From an uncultured Acidibacter sp. (lineage in GTDB: Bacteria > Pseudomonadota > Gammaproteobacteria > Steroidobacterales > Steroidobacteraceae), in assembly GCA_964599335.1 (NCBI GenBank), contig CAZRFN010000001.1:12186-76185 (forward strand): 64,000 bases of DNA. The letters run 5' to 3'. A program made the translations under genes and the position numbers. Below, piece by piece: positions 9,184-18,496 of the stretch; the first letter of the stretch is position 1, and each line of letters begins with the position of its first letter. The notes beneath the pieces were generated by a model, which had not been told where the DNA came from, made no database searches, and saw only the letters and a program-made list of their open reading frames with translations.

Positions 9184-9923
9184 CGGATCAACTCGGCCAT
9201 CGAGCGCGCATTGCCATCGTCGTTCCCTCGACAAACACCAGTTGTCAGCCGGAATCCGAGATGCTGAGACCTCCAGGAGTCACCAACCAAACTGGACGGA
9301 TCAGCATCAAAGAAAGACCGCTCACAAGCGATCAGGCTTTTTTGGAACATGTGCAAGCCATGCGTGACGGCATGAGAACGGCCATCGACCAGGTCATGAC
9401 CTGTCAGCCGACCCACGTCATCATGGGTGTCGCGCTGGAGGCATTTTGGGGCGGTGTCGCCGCGGCAGACGAGTTGCAGCGCGAACTCACCGAGCGAGCC
9501 GGCGTCGGCGTATCGATGGGCTCGACGGCTACGGTCGCAGCACTGAAAAAATATGGTGCGAAGTCGATTGCCGTACTCACCCCGCATCAACCGAGGGGTG
9601 ACGAGCAAGTTCGCCGATACTTCGAGGAGGCCGGGTTTTTGATTCCGCGACTCATCGGACTCAAATGTCCCTCGCCCGTACAAATTGCACATACGACGCG
9701 GCAACAAGTCGTCGACGCCTTGCAGGCGTTGAATGGTGATGACATTGACGCCATCGTGCAGGTGGGTACTAACCTCGCTGCAATAGGTGTCTGCGCCGAA
9801 GCCGAACGGACTTTCGGAAAACCCGTGCTGGCGATTAACGCGATCACATATTGGGATGCGTTACGACGTTGCGGCATCGATGATCGGATTCAGGGTTACG
9901 GGCGAACCCTCGAAGAGTTCTGA
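9180..9923 (+). CDS. Asp/Glu racemase superfamily protein (maleate isomerase / arylmalonate decarboxylase-like)
   Basis: 'RIAIVVPSTNTSCQPE', 'IAVLTPHQP', 'IVQVGTNLAA', 'PVLAINAITYW'. Length 247 aa. ATGA overlap with the SDR gene. Confidence 0.75.
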   Translation: MTDQLGHRARIAIVVPSTNTSCQPESEMLRPPGVTNQTGRISIKERPLTSDQAFLEHVQAMRDGMRTAIDQVMTCQPTHVIMGVALEAFWGGVAAADELQRELTERAGVGVSMGSTATVAALKKYGAKSIAVLTPHQPRGDEQVRRYFEEAGFLIPRLIGLKCPSPVQIAHTTRQQVVDALQALNGDDIDAIVQVGTNLAAIGVCAEAERTFGKPVLAINAITYWDALRRCGIDDRIQGYGRTLEEF

Positions 9924-9935
9924 CGATATGACCCT

Positions 9936-11138
9936 ATGAACGAGCGCGTACTCATCGCCGGAGGCGGGCCGAGCGGGATGGCCGCCGCGCTGTTCTTGAT
10001 TCAACGGGGCATCCCCGTCACGGTGATCGAGCGCAGCACCGAGCCGCATGCCGATCCTCGCGCGGCGACCTATCATCCTCCGACGCTCGAAATGCTTGCA
10101 CCGACCGGCGTCACGGACGATCTGCATTCGCAGGGCATCGTCGCGCGACGATGGCAGTTCCGTGATCGACGTGAGGGCCTCGTCGCAGAGTTCGATCTCG
10201 GTCTGCTCGCAGACGACACCCCGTACCCTTACCGACTCCAGTGCGAGCAGCACAAGCTCGTCAGCATGATGGAGCGGCGCGTGGAGAACTCACCACTCGC
10301 CACCATTATTCACGGCGCGGCGGTGGATGAAGTCACTCAGAACGCATCGCAGGTGCGTGTCGGGCTCATTCATGCGGATGGACGGCATGCCTCTCTTTCA
10401 GGCTCGTATCTCGTAGGGGCCGATGGCGGACGAAGCATCGTCCGGAAAAGTCAGAATATCGAATTCAACGGATTCACTTGGCCTGAACGTTTTCTCGTCA
10501 TTACCACGACCTTCGACTTCGAGTCCCTGGGGTACGCCTACAGTTCATACACCATGGATCCCGTGGAATGGGCTGCGACCTTCAAGGTGCCCGGTGAGGA
10601 TGGACGCGGGATCTGGCGCTGCGTATTTCCGACTCGGCCCGATGAGAATGAGTCTGATTTGCTCGATCCGGCTCGTGCGGCAACACGCCTCGCTCAGTTC
10701 GTACCGGAGAGCGTTTCGGGAATGGTCGTGCACGTGAACGTGTATGCGGTGCACCAGCGCGTTGCTGCGACCTATCGTAAAGGGCGAGTCGTCCTTGCGG
10801 GAGACGCGGCACACATCAATAACCCGCTGGGCGGAATGGGTCTCAACTTCGGCATCCACGATGCGCACTCGCTCGCGGGGTATCTTGCCGAAGCCATCGG
10901 TAGCGGTCGCGACACGCCTCTCGATCGATACGATCGACAAAGACGCACGGTCGCAGAGCGTTATCTGCAGGCCCAAACCATCGCAAACAAGCAGATGCTC
11001 GAGGAAACCGATCGTGATCGTCGTTTCGCTCGCCAGGCGGAGATGCGAGCTATCGCTACCGATCTAGATCAGGCGAAGCAGTATCTTCTGCGGACAGCGA
11101 TGATCGAAGGGCTTCGGGCTGCTGCGTCGATCGACTGA
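9936..11138 (+). CDS. FAD-dependent monooxygenase (aromatic-ring hydroxylase family)
   Basis: 'VLIAGGGPSGMAAALFLIQRGIPVTVIER' (GxGxxG), 'LVGADGGRSIVR', 'VLAGDAAHINNPLGGMGLNFGIHDA'. Confidence 0.85.
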   Translation: MNERVLIAGGGPSGMAAALFLIQRGIPVTVIERSTEPHADPRAATYHPPTLEMLAPTGVTDDLHSQGIVARRWQFRDRREGLVAEFDLGLLADDTPYPYRLQCEQHKLVSMMERRVENSPLATIIHGAAVDEVTQNASQVRVGLIHADGRHASLSGSYLVGADGGRSIVRKSQNIEFNGFTWPERFLVITTTFDFESLGYAYSSYTMDPVEWAATFKVPGEDGRGIWRCVFPTRPDENESDLLDPARAATRLAQFVPESVSGMVVHVNVYAVHQRVAATYRKGRVVLAGDAAHINNPLGGMGLNFGIHDAHSLAGYLAEAIGSGRDTPLDRYDRQRRTVAERYLQAQTIANKQMLEETDRDRRFARQAEMRAIATDLDQAKQYLLRTAMIEGLRAAASID

Positions 11139-11196
11139 CAATGGCGTTACAATCGATTCGGTTCGTTAATCAGAGCGTTTCGGGGGTCTCGGTTTA

Positions 11197-12249
11197 GTGA
11201 AAATTTGGCAGAAAAGAACTCTGATCGTTGTCGCGGTGTTCGTGGTCGTCATCGGTCTCTTCACTCTCGAGTTCATGTCGTTCGGTGGCCAGTTCCGTGA
11301 TCTCAGTAATCGATCGCCTGGGGTCTGCAGCAACCTGCCCCTCAAAGCGAGCGCTGAAGACATCCAAATCGATCGCAATCGAAGCATCGCGTATCTCTCC
11401 TCGCTTGACCGTCGCCGTCTTGTCGAAGGCGATGACATCGAAGGGACGGTGCTTCAGGTCGACCTAGTTTCTGATCCGTTGCGAGTCGAGCCTGCGCTTT
11501 CATCAGCGCCGCCAGGGTTCAGGCCGCACGGCATGTCGCTTTATCGCATGGGCGACGGCAAACAGCGGCTGTTCGTGATCAGTCATCCTGAAGGCGCAGA
11601 TCACGTCGTAGAAATTTTCGAGCAAGACGCCGATAACCTGTTTACGCATGTAGGCTCGGTCCGAGACCCGTTGCTCGTTTCGCCAAACGCCATCGTTGCC
11701 GTCGGCCCGCAACAGTTTTATGTCGCCAACGATAAAGGCGCTACCGGCATTCTCGATCGCATCGCGGAATCACTGTTTCGCAGCGGGCTCTCGAAAGTCG
11801 TTTATTTTGACGGTGAGTCGATGACGATCGCAGCCGAGGGGCTCAAAAGCGCGGTCGGCATGGGTCTTTCTCCGGACGGTCTTACGGCGTATGTCGCAGA
11901 GACTCTCGGAAAACGTATTTCGGTATACACGCGAAATCCGCTCACCGGAGAACTCACCTTCAAAGAGCGCATCGAGATCGATGGCTCTCCAGACAACATC
12001 AATGTCGACGCAGACGGAGCGCTATGGATCGCTGCTCACGCGAAACTTCTCGATCTGATCCGACATTTCGGAGACGCGTCACACCACGCACCAACGACGA
12101 TCCTTCGCCATGCATCGGGCGTCACCACGCCAATTTATGTCAACGATGGATCCGCCATTTCTGCCGGAAGCGTCGGCGCGGCCTTCGGTGGTCGCCTGTA
12201 CATCGGCTCCATCACCGAACCTAAACTGCACATCTGCCGAATGCGCTGA
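11197..12249 (+). CDS. membrane-anchored six-bladed beta-propeller protein (paraoxonase/arylesterase, SMP-30/strictosidine-synthase-like)
   Basis: N-terminal TM helix. 'FRPHGMSLY', 'FYVANDKG', 'SPDGLTAYVAET', 'PDNINVDADGALWIAAH'. Family call from motif resemblance only. GTG start. Confidence 0.6.
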   Translation: MKIWQKRTLIVVAVFVVVIGLFTLEFMSFGGQFRDLSNRSPGVCSNLPLKASAEDIQIDRNRSIAYLSSLDRRRLVEGDDIEGTVLQVDLVSDPLRVEPALSSAPPGFRPHGMSLYRMGDGKQRLFVISHPEGADHVVEIFEQDADNLFTHVGSVRDPLLVSPNAIVAVGPQQFYVANDKGATGILDRIAESLFRSGLSKVVYFDGESMTIAAEGLKSAVGMGLSPDGLTAYVAETLGKRISVYTRNPLTGELTFKERIEIDGSPDNINVDADGALWIAAHAKLLDLIRHFGDASHHAPTTILRHASGVTTPIYVNDGSAISAGSVGAAFGGRLYIGSITEPKLHICRMR

Positions 12250-12267
12250 GTAAATGGGAGTAGAGTC

Positions 12268-13776
12268 ATGACCATGAATCGCCGGGAATTCGTCGTCTCC
12301 ACCGCGGTCTCCGGCGCGATCGCCGGACTCTCACCTCTCGCTTATTCGTCGGGATCTGGCGACCCGGACGTTATCGTCATCGGTGCCGGGCTTTCCGGAC
12401 TCGAAGCCGCGCTCACGCTCGAAGAGAACGGGCCCTCCGTCCTCGTACTCGAGGGTCGAAACCGAGTGGGTGGCCGCGTTTATACCTTGTTCGATTTACC
12501 CGGCCACCCGGAAGTCGGCGGCAATACCATCGCCAATGCCTATGGTCGCTGCATCGCTGCTGCGGCACGACACGACATCGAAGTGGTCAACTTGGCGCCT
12601 CGACTTTTTTCCAATCGCGCCGGCCAGGAGTTGTTCATCGGGGGTGAGCGCGTGCCGCTCAAAGATTGGGCGACCCACCCGAAAAATCCGTTTGCAGGCG
12701 AGCTGCGGAAACTGCCTCCTTGGAGTTGGGGCGATGCCATGTTCAGGCAGCACATGCCGTTCCGCGATCTCGAAAACTGGCACGACCCGAAATACGCTCA
12801 ATACGACATCTCAGTGCACGACTTCTTGACGTCGCATGGCGCGACGGACGCGATGATCCAACTCGGCTTCGATACCAACATCGCGTATGGCACGACATCA
12901 CGCGATGTTTCGTTGCTCCAACAGGCTTATGCAGACCATTGGATGGCAGTCAATCGTGGTGCGGTCTCCGCGTTTTCTCGTACCGGCGCCTCGAACGTAT
13001 CCACCGGAGTTCCTGCAGCCGGCGTGCCGCCGGGCGTGCTCATCGGCGCCTTCAAAGGAGGCAATCAAAAGCTGCCCATCGCCATGGCCAAAAAACTGAA
13101 AGGTGATCTGCTATTCAATCGACGCGTGACAGCGATCGAGGTTACCGACAGCGGCGCGAAGGTGACGTGCAGCGACGGTCGTAGCTACAAGGCCAAATCG
13201 GTCGTTTGCTCGATGCCCTTTTCGACGCTGCGTAGTGTGGCCATCGACCCTCTTCCGGAGCCCCTTCAGTACAAAGCGATTCAGTCGCTCGGCTACATTC
13301 CGATCACCCAATATCATCTGATCGCCAAGCGTCCCTTCTGGCTCGACGACGGACTGTCTCCATCGATGTGGACAGACGGTCCGCTTGGTATGGTGCTTGC
13401 TCAAAAATTCGGAAAGACGGACGACGAAGTCACGAGCCTTACGGTCTGGGCTCGCGGACTCAATGCTCAGTATCTCGACCGGCTAGGCCTCGAAGAGAGT
13501 TCACGTCTGATCGTTTCGGAGTTCGAGCGTCTACGGCCCGCCTCGAAAGGCTTGCTGCGCGTCGGGGCCGTGCATTCTTGGAGCACCGATCCGTTCTCGG
13601 CGGGCGACTGGGCGATCTTCCAACCCGGGCAAGTTCGCGAACTGCGCGCCTCGATTGCCAAGCCGCACAAACGGCTCTTCTTCTGTGGCGAGCACACGGC
13701 TGTCGGAAGCCGTGGCATGGAGGCGGCATTCGAATCAGGCGAACGTGTGTCGCTCGAGGTTCTTGCGTCGGCTTAA
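12268..13776 (+). CDS. Tat-exported flavin-containing amine oxidase
   Basis: Twin-arginine signal 'MNRREFVVSTAVSGAIAGLSPLAYS'. 'DVIVIGAGLSGLEAALTLEENG..VLEGRNRVGGRV'. C-terminal 'FFCGEHTA' is typical of the MAO family. Confidence 0.85.
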   Translation: MTMNRREFVVSTAVSGAIAGLSPLAYSSGSGDPDVIVIGAGLSGLEAALTLEENGPSVLVLEGRNRVGGRVYTLFDLPGHPEVGGNTIANAYGRCIAAAARHDIEVVNLAPRLFSNRAGQELFIGGERVPLKDWATHPKNPFAGELRKLPPWSWGDAMFRQHMPFRDLENWHDPKYAQYDISVHDFLTSHGATDAMIQLGFDTNIAYGTTSRDVSLLQQAYADHWMAVNRGAVSAFSRTGASNVSTGVPAAGVPPGVLIGAFKGGNQKLPIAMAKKLKGDLLFNRRVTAIEVTDSGAKVTCSDGRSYKAKSVVCSMPFSTLRSVAIDPLPEPLQYKAIQSLGYIPITQYHLIAKRPFWLDDGLSPSMWTDGPLGMVLAQKFGKTDDEVTSLTVWARGLNAQYLDRLGLEESSRLIVSEFERLRPASKGLLRVGAVHSWSTDPFSAGDWAIFQPGQVRELRASIAKPHKRLFFCGEHTAVGSRGMEAAFESGERVSLEVLASA

Positions 13777-13788
13777 GAGTTTGTACCC

Positions 13789-14322
13789 TTAGAGGTCTCC
13801 GCCTGCGCCACGCCACTGAGGCTTCGGATACGGGCTTTCTGCGAGGGGCTTCGGCTTTACGGTCGTTCGTGATCGCCAGATGATCAGCCACCAGAACCCG
13901 AGGAACGAGAGCGACATCCAGCAAAACTCGTGCATGCCCCAGTGCTCGACTCCGTAGCGAGCCAACTGCTCGAACATGATGAACGCGACCGTGTAGACGA
14001 CGGCACTGATCAACGCCCCGATTTTCCAACTGCGAGAGCGCTGTCGTCCGCGAATCGCGATAGTCCACCACGAAACCAGAAAAAATACCGTGTAGAGATT
14101 GATCAACACCAACCACAACGGTGATTGCTGAAAGTAATGGTTGACCCAGAAAGCCCCTGCACCGAAGAACGTCAATAAGACGTAACGCCATTCGTCGAGG
14201 GGCTCTTTGAGAACGCGCTGCCAAAGCGCTACGAGAAACGCGTAGGCAGTCCATGTGCCGAACAGCAGTTCGTAAAACTGCACCTTTCCTTGCCAGGCGT
14301 CTTCGAGCGGCGGCATCCACAT
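13789..14322 (-). CDS. hypothetical integral membrane protein
   Basis: 177 aa, 4-5 hydrophobic Trp-rich helices and a coding-like codon pattern. No family recognised. Confidence 0.55.
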   Translation of the reverse strand: MWMPPLEDAWQGKVQFYELLFGTWTAYAFLVALWQRVLKEPLDEWRYVLLTFFGAGAFWVNHYFQQSPLWLVLINLYTVFFLVSWWTIAIRGRQRSRSWKIGALISAVVYTVAFIMFEQLARYGVEHWGMHEFCWMSLSFLGFWWLIIWRSRTTVKPKPLAESPYPKPQWRGAGGDL

Positions 14323-14455
14323 ATCGAAATCCCCCCTTTCGTCAGTGGGCGCTTCGACGATAGCTGCGGCGGTTCGTTAAATGCCAAAACCTTCGTTTCA
14401 CATGGCCGACTGACGGAATCGGCAAACCGGGGTATCCTCGCGCCACGGGGGACCT

Positions 14456-15535
14456 ATGTTGAATGCAACCATAACGGGCTGGGGCAAATGCTTGCCACCG
14501 GCCGTGCTCAGCAACGCGGACATCGCGACCTTCCTCGAGACGACGGACGAGTGGATTACCTCTCGAACCGGAATCAAGGAAAGACGTATCTCGCACGTCT
14601 CGCTTGGCGACATGGCTCATGTTGCGGCGACCCGCGCACTCGCCTGCGCAGGTATCGAAGGCAAAGATCTCGATCTCATCGTCTTCGGCACGACAACCCA
14701 CGACGATCAATGCCCGAACATGGCATCAGGACTCCAAGCTCGCCTGGGGGCCGATGGTTGTGGTGCCATGGATGTCAACACCGCGTGCACGAGCTTTCTT
14801 TACGGTTTGTCTACCGCCGCAGCGATGATCAAAAGCGGAGTCGTCCGCAATGCGCTGGTCGTCGGCGGCGAACTGATCTCGCCTTACATGGACTGGGACG
14901 ATCGCAACGTATCGGTGCTTTTCGGCGACGGCTGCGCTGCAGTCGTCTTGCAAGCGACCGACAAAGACGAGGGCTTGCTGCTCGAAAAACTCGGATGCTA
15001 TGGCGAGTCACGCGAGATCCTTCGCATTCACGGCATCGGCGGCGCTTACGTTCATCAAGGCCGGATGCTCGGCTCCACCGAGTGGCAGTTCGAAGGCCAG
15101 GAGATCTTCAAGAAAGCCGTCAATGGCATGGGTCTTGCGAGCGAAGATGTCTTGAAGCGTTCGGGCTTCTCGGCGAATGACGTCCATCTGGCCGTCCCTC
15201 ATCAAGCTAATTTGCGCATCATCGAAGCCGTGGCCAAACGCGCCGGAATTCCAATGGACCGCGTTTACGTCAGCGTCAGTCGCTACGGCAACATGTCGGC
15301 TGCCACCGTACCCGTCGCTCTTTGCGAAGCTCTCGAAGACGGGCGAGTTCAGCCGGGCTCACTGCTGCTGATGCCAGCATTCGGCGGCGGGCTGACCTTT
15401 TGTGCGCATCTGTTGCGTTGGGGCCAGCGAACGACGCCCGTCTCGCAGAGTGACATCGAACTTCCGCCATCCGAACGATCGGCGCTCGAGATGGTGCAGC
15501 GTTATCGAACCTCAAAGGGACGGGGCTTGCGATGA
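14456..15535 (+). CDS. 3-oxoacyl-ACP synthase III (FabH/KAS III)-like condensing enzyme
   Basis: 'ITGWGKCLPPAVLSNADIATFLETTDEWITSRTGIKERR', 'NTACTSFLYGL' (active-site Cys), 'VPHQANLRI', 'GNMSAATVP'. Confidence 0.85.
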   Translation: MLNATITGWGKCLPPAVLSNADIATFLETTDEWITSRTGIKERRISHVSLGDMAHVAATRALACAGIEGKDLDLIVFGTTTHDDQCPNMASGLQARLGADGCGAMDVNTACTSFLYGLSTAAAMIKSGVVRNALVVGGELISPYMDWDDRNVSVLFGDGCAAVVLQATDKDEGLLLEKLGCYGESREILRIHGIGGAYVHQGRMLGSTEWQFEGQEIFKKAVNGMGLASEDVLKRSGFSANDVHLAVPHQANLRIIEAVAKRAGIPMDRVYVSVSRYGNMSAATVPVALCEALEDGRVQPGSLLLMPAFGGGLTFCAHLLRWGQRTTPVSQSDIELPPSERSALEMVQRYRTSKGRGLR

Positions 15536-16749
15536 CCTCAGATCCAAGACGACGCATGCTGCCCATCGTTGCGATGGCGTTGTTCATCGATTCCATGGGC
15601 ATCGGCATCATCATCCCGGTTGCGCCTCAACTCGTCATGCAACTGTCGGGGGCATCGCTCGCCGACGCCGCGCCGATCGCAGGCTGGCTCACTCTCGCCT
15701 ACGCCTCGATGCAATTCATTTTTTCACCCATCCTCGGAAACCTCAGCGATCGCTACGGTCGAAAACCGATCCTCCTCGCCTCGCTGGCCGCCCTGTCGGT
15801 CGACTATGTGCTGATGGGCCTCGCGCCCACCCTGGCGTGGCTGTTCGTAGGTCGAATCATCGCAGGCATCGCGGGCGCGACGTTCTCCACCGCTAACGCC
15901 GTAGTCGCTGATATCATTCCGCCCGATCAAAGAGCCAAATATTTCGGTCTCAATGGTGCGGCTTGGGGCATGGGTTTCATCGTAGGGCCCGTCGTCGGAG
16001 GCTTACTCGGCGGCTACGGACCCCGAGTTCCGTTTTTTGCTGCGGCAGTGTTCACGGCAATCAACTTCCTAATCGCCGTAGTGGTGCTCAAAGAAACGCT
16101 CCCGGAAGGACAGCGCCGCGCATTCTCGGCGCGACGCGCCAACGTGTTGGGCGCCATCCGATCGATGCGCGCGATTCCAGGAGCGATGCTGCTCCTGTTC
16201 GTGTTGTTCATGTACCAGATCGGGCACGACACGCTCCCCTCGACCTGGACCTGGATGACCATGGCGAAGTTCGGCTGGGGCGAGCGCGAGATGGGGATCT
16301 CGCTTGCCGTACTCGGGCTGGGAACCGCCGTCGTGCAAGGCGGTCTCGTCGGTGTATTCACCCGCAAGCTCGGAGAACATCGCTCCGCACTGATCGGACT
16401 GTCGGCTGGCTCGATCGGATTTTTGGGTTATGCCTTTTCGACGGAACCCTGGATGCTGTTCGCCAGCGTGCCGGTCGCTTGCCTGATCGGTCTCACCATG
16501 CCATCGATTCGCGCAATTCTCTCGAGGCAGGTACCCGCTAACGCGCAGGGCGAACTTCAGGGTGCCATCTCGGGGATCGTGAGCTTCACGGCTCTGGTTA
16601 CCCCGTTCACCATGACGCATCTCTTCAGCCTATCGATGGCGCAACTGCATTTCGCCGGCGCGTCATTCGTGGCGGCGTCGATATCGCTGGCCCTCGGCGC
16701 AGTGCTCTTCTCGAGAAGCCGTTTTAGCGCCGCGAACGCACCCAGATAG
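15532..16749 (+). CDS. MFS transporter (Tet/TCR-like, 12 TM)
   Basis: 'GNLSDRYGRKPILL' MFS motif A. 405 aa, hydrophobic. ATGA overlap with the KAS III-like gene. Confidence 0.85.
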   Translation: MTSDPRRRMLPIVAMALFIDSMGIGIIIPVAPQLVMQLSGASLADAAPIAGWLTLAYASMQFIFSPILGNLSDRYGRKPILLASLAALSVDYVLMGLAPTLAWLFVGRIIAGIAGATFSTANAVVADIIPPDQRAKYFGLNGAAWGMGFIVGPVVGGLLGGYGPRVPFFAAAVFTAINFLIAVVVLKETLPEGQRRAFSARRANVLGAIRSMRAIPGAMLLLFVLFMYQIGHDTLPSTWTWMTMAKFGWGEREMGISLAVLGLGTAVVQGGLVGVFTRKLGEHRSALIGLSAGSIGFLGYAFSTEPWMLFASVPVACLIGLTMPSIRAILSRQVPANAQGELQGAISGIVSFTALVTPFTMTHLFSLSMAQLHFAGASFVAASISLALGAVLFSRSRFSAANAPR

Positions 16750-18007
16750 CGAACGCCAGCAGCAAGACGTTGGCGCCCGCCATGATGATGAAGGGGGAGC
16801 CAGGGCGCCACTCGTCGAAGGTGTAGCCACCGATCTTCGAGATGGCGAGGATGCCGAGTGCACCAAAGAAACCCACCATGCCGATGACGGCACCGCGGAT
16901 CGCACTCGGCGCCTCTTGGGCGATGAGCACCTGAGAGGCGAGGATGCCGCTCGCCTGACCGATCCCGAGCATCGCAGCCGCACCAAATGCCGCACCGCCC
17001 ATCGCGGGATCAGGCGTGAATCCCATCCAGCCATATCCGGCAATCGAAAGTGCCGTTGCAATGATGACGAGCGTGACTCGATTCACCTTGTCGGCCATCC
17101 AACCGAATATCGGCGCCCAAAGCATCGCCGAACCTTGGACGATTCCGAACAACGCTCCCTGACGTGATGAGGCTTCGGCAGCGGACGCCCCATCAGCGAT
17201 CGCAGCCGTTTGTACCCACAGCGACAGAAATAGCGCGACGATGACGAGATCGGCTCGCGCCGCGAAGGACGCCGCATAGGCCAGAGCGATGCGAGGCTGT
17301 CGACCTGCGGCGAGGCCTTGAGTCATCAAGGTGCGCAACGGCAGTCGTTCGGTCACCTGATCAGGTCGCCCCGGCTTGAGGCCGACCATGATGAGTGCAC
17401 TCACGACGCATACGGCAGCGATGGTGAGATAAGCGAATCGCCCTGCTTCGGTTTCGGTAGCGCCGAAGCCCTGATAGAACGACGGCAAGCGCGTGAGCAC
17501 GGCAAAAAACAGTAACGCCCCCACGGCGTTGAGAAAGAACGACATTCCCGTGAGCTTGCCTCGGTCTGCATCGACCGGATAGTCGGCAAGCACCGTGGCC
17601 AACATGCCACCGAGCGCCGCGATTCCGACGGCATAGATGAGTCGATAGATGAGTAGTTGCCCGACATCGTTCGCAAACGGATAAGCCGCGTAGGCGAGCG
17701 CCGTAACGAGAAAGCCCGTGATGTAGACGACTCGACGACCTACCCGATCGGACCAAGCACCGAATAATCCTACGCACATCAAGGTGATGATTTCCTGCCA
17801 GAACTGCAGGTCTCCAGAAACGCTGCCGCGCTGCTCGACGGGTACGCCGATATTCACTTCGAGCAGATACGGTTGAAGAGTCGTCGCGTAAGTGAAAATA
17901 CCGATGCTGACGAACGCCGCCCAAAGATAGGCGCCGACGTGCCCGCGAGTGACCCCCGGCATCAGACGGACCGGGCCAAACTTGGCGCCGGCAGATTGAT
18001 CACTCAT
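16724..18007 (-). CDS. MFS transporter
   Basis: 427 aa, 12 predicted TM. 'GAWSDRVGRRVVY' motif A. Confidence 0.85.
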   Translation of the reverse strand: MSDQSAGAKFGPVRLMPGVTRGHVGAYLWAAFVSIGIFTYATTLQPYLLEVNIGVPVEQRGSVSGDLQFWQEIITLMCVGLFGAWSDRVGRRVVYITGFLVTALAYAAYPFANDVGQLLIYRLIYAVGIAALGGMLATVLADYPVDADRGKLTGMSFFLNAVGALLFFAVLTRLPSFYQGFGATETEAGRFAYLTIAAVCVVSALIMVGLKPGRPDQVTERLPLRTLMTQGLAAGRQPRIALAYAASFAARADLVIVALFLSLWVQTAAIADGASAAEASSRQGALFGIVQGSAMLWAPIFGWMADKVNRVTLVIIATALSIAGYGWMGFTPDPAMGGAAFGAAAMLGIGQASGILASQVLIAQEAPSAIRGAVIGMVGFFGALGILAISKIGGYTFDEWRPGSPFIIMAGANVLLLAFAIWVRSRR

Positions 18008-18025
18008 GACAGAACTCCAGAAAAT

Positions 18026-18496
18026 TTAGCGAAACATCCAAAGCGACGGATAGCGGGTATGCATTTTTGCGTCGAGACCATGCCATTGACCGGTAGGCCA
18101 GATCACGAAGGGCAAAAACATCAGCGCGAGCACGATCAAAGAAGCATCGTAGTAGCCACCGATCGCGAACGAAAACATCATGAGCATAGCGCCCGCAGCT
18201 GCGCTACGCGTCATGAAGCCGAATAAGAGTCCAGCGGCGATGAATGTCTCGCCCCAGCAGACGAGCCAGGCCAGTGCTTGGTAGTGAGGCAGCCCGACGT
18301 TCTCGATGAACCACGCCCCGAAAGATTCGGGGTCGATTTCTTCGAGCCGCTGCATGAAGATTTGCGACAAGCGATCGGTGGTGATGTATTGCTGGCGCCA
18401 TTTGTTGATCGCCGCGCCCAAAAAAAACACAGCGAGGAGATACCGAAGGGCGAGCAAGGCGATCCGGCCGGCGCCGAGTTTCCGGCGTTCGTTCAC
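18026..18496 (-). CDS. hypothetical membrane protein (DoxX-like?)
   Basis: 156 aa with 4 hydrophobic helices. The family call is tentative. Confidence 0.5.
   Translation of the reverse strand: MNERRKLGAGRIALLALRYLLAVFFLGAAINKWRQQYITTDRLSQIFMQRLEEIDPESFGAWFIENVGLPHYQALAWLVCWGETFIAAGLLFGFMTRSAAAGAMLMMFSFAIGGYYDASLIVLALMFLPFVIWPTGQWHGLDAKMHTRYPSLWMFR

Noticed and set aside
18420-18427. A8 homopolymer (T8 on the coding strand) inside the DoxX-like gene as a possible phase-variation tract. Several 7-nt runs occur elsewhere.
   Set aside because: It encodes Phe-Phe-Leu within a TM helix. Eight nt is short for slipped-strand switching, and there are no other hallmarks of contingency loci.
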